This document shows, in pieces, positions 44,089 to 44,728 of a stretch of 44,728 bases of DNA; position 1 is the first letter of the stretch; each line of letters starts with the position of its first letter. Source of the stretch: a bacterium (GTDB lineage Bacteria; Patescibacteriota; Saccharimonadia; Saccharimonadales; SZUA-47); NCBI GenBank assembly GCA_037138655.1, contig JBAXHY010000002.1, positions 1-44,728 on the forward strand, written 5' to 3'. The translations under genes were made by a program, and so were the position numbers. Below the pieces are notes generated by a model. The model saw nothing but the letters and a program-made list of their open reading frames with translations. It did no database searches and was not told the origin of the DNA.

Positions 44089-44430
44089 CTATAATCGAAT
44101 AATCTCTGATTTAAAATATTGTTCCTGAAAATGTGTAATTTTTTTTATTTGATCGTCAGAAAATGTCTCGTTTTCATTACAAACAATAAGCTTGTCGTCA
44201 TCGTCATCTAACCTATGAATTATTGCTATACATTTACCTTCAAACTCTATTATGGGTACGTCCACACCAAACACGTAGGCATCTAATTCGGCACCGTCGG
44301 GTGCAGTAGTATCAGGGATGAAACCATAATTAATAGGATATGTGAAGTCGTGCTTAGGGTGCTTAGAACCAAGTTTCCTATCTATACTAACTTTAACTGT
44401 TTTGCCCAAAAATGGTCTTGAATACTCCAT
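44089..44430 (-). CDS. Short inorganic pyrophosphatase-like protein (113 aa)
   Basis: YPINYGFIPDTTAPDGAELDAYV and DDDDDKLIV resemble the family I PPase core (YP.NYGF.P.T...DGDPLD; D..D.K). Confidence 0.7.
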   Translation of the reverse strand: MEYSRPFLGKTVKVSIDRKLGSKHPKHDFTYPINYGFIPDTTAPDGAELDAYVFGVDVPIIEFEGKCIAIIHRLDDDDDKLIVCNENETFSDDQIKKITHFQEQYFKSEIIRL

Positions 44431-44436
44431 AGCAGT

Positions 44437-44445
44437 ATCATAACA
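44437..44445 (-). promoter_or_regulatory. Extended -10 (TGtTATGAT on minus strand) exactly 6 nt upstream of the PPase-like ATG
   Basis: Reverse complement reads tgttatgat-actgct-ATG. No SD. Confidence 0.45.
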
Positions 44446-44482
44446 AAAAATACTCCCTAAAAGTCTTTTGGTTTAATACTTA

Positions 44483-44502
44483 GCTAGGGATGAGGGATTC
44501 GA
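44483..44502 (-). repeat. Perfect 20-nt duplicate of the tRNA-Gln 3' end (att-like)
   Basis: gctagggatgagggattcga is identical to 44672..44691 inside tRNA-Gln. The flanking bases diverge (tagc vs tggc, gacc vs gaacc). Confidence 0.85.
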
Positions 44503-44632
44503 CCTACCGTTGGCAGGCCCGAAACTACATCTTTCAAAACAAGTTTTGAAGAGTAGGTTTCCTTGCAAAGTGCCGAATGGCACTTTTCACCCCGCATGCT
44601 CATTCTGAGGGTTCGAATCACCGCATTCATGG

Positions 44633-44672
44633 CCAAATGAAAAACCCAGCTTTCGCTGGGTTTTTCATTTGG
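44633..44672. terminator. Perfect 18-bp-stem hairpin abutting the tRNA-Gln 3' end (bidirectional terminator)
   Basis: ccaaatgaaaaacccagc-tttc-gctgggtttttcatttgg. A/T runs lie inside the stem arms. Confidence 0.7.
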
Positions 44673-44728
44673 CTAGGGATGAGGGATTCGAACCCCCGAA
44701 TGCCAGTACCAAAAACTGGTGCCTTACC
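44670..44728 (-). tRNA. tRNA-Gln (anticodon TTG), 3' portion; 5' end cut by window edge
   Basis: Reverse complement reads GGTAAGGCACCAGTTTTTGGTACTGGCATTCGGGGGTTCGAATCCCTCATCCCTAGCCA, closely resembling bacterial tRNA-Gln(UUG). Confidence 0.85.

Noticed and set aside
1-44728. CRISPR arrays, rRNA genes, IS elements/transposases, integrases, restriction-modification or known multi-gene defence systems
   Set aside because: I saw no regularly spaced short repeats. No ORF carries transposase, integrase, Cas, methyltransferase or nuclease signatures. The only repeats found are the tRNA-associated ones reported above.

Overview
AT-rich, tightly packed bacterial window with about 45 protein genes, 5 tRNA genes and many 1-4 nt gene overlaps. 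Standard genetic code (TGA is a stop). Gene content suggests a reduced-genome, Gram-positive-type bacterium, possibly Candidatus Saccharibacteria/CPR: a sortase, VanY/M15 peptidases, VKOR, nucleotide salvage genes and an archaeal-style GH57/GH15 glucan operon. I cannot verify the lineage without a database search. The backbone is the conserved translation/transcription neighbourhood: tRNA-Tyr/Thr, rpmG, tRNA-Trp, secE-nusG, rplK-rplA, rplJ-rplL. It is followed by tdk, dnaX, dnaB, ybaB-recR, a DHH phosphoesterase and cysS, then an envelope cluster (2 GT4, a hydrolase, 2 M15 peptidases, CapA), a sortase pair and a partial tRNA-Gln. This backbone is broken by several inserted blocks. Points worth a second look: (1) The tRNA-Trp locus holds a decayed tRNA-Trp copy, a perfect 19-nt duplicate of the tRNA 3' end, and two 74-bp direct repeats bracketing a lone SF2 helicase with four C-terminal HTH-like repeats. 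(2) tRNA-Gln shows a parallel 20-nt duplication of its 3' end. (3) A Tmk::double-ThyX fusion splits the ThyX signature between its two halves, next to a GC-rich dcd. (4) Extended -10 boxes sit 6-8 nt upstream of ATGs, implying leaderless mRNAs. (5) Three SD-preceded small ORFs lie upstream of an rplJ leader attenuator. (6) A class-F-like sortase sits beside a substrate without LPXTG. (7) Ribosomal protein L1 has an N-terminal extension. (8) There are gene remnants (TspO-like, EEP-like). I saw no CRISPR array, rRNA, transposase or integrase.
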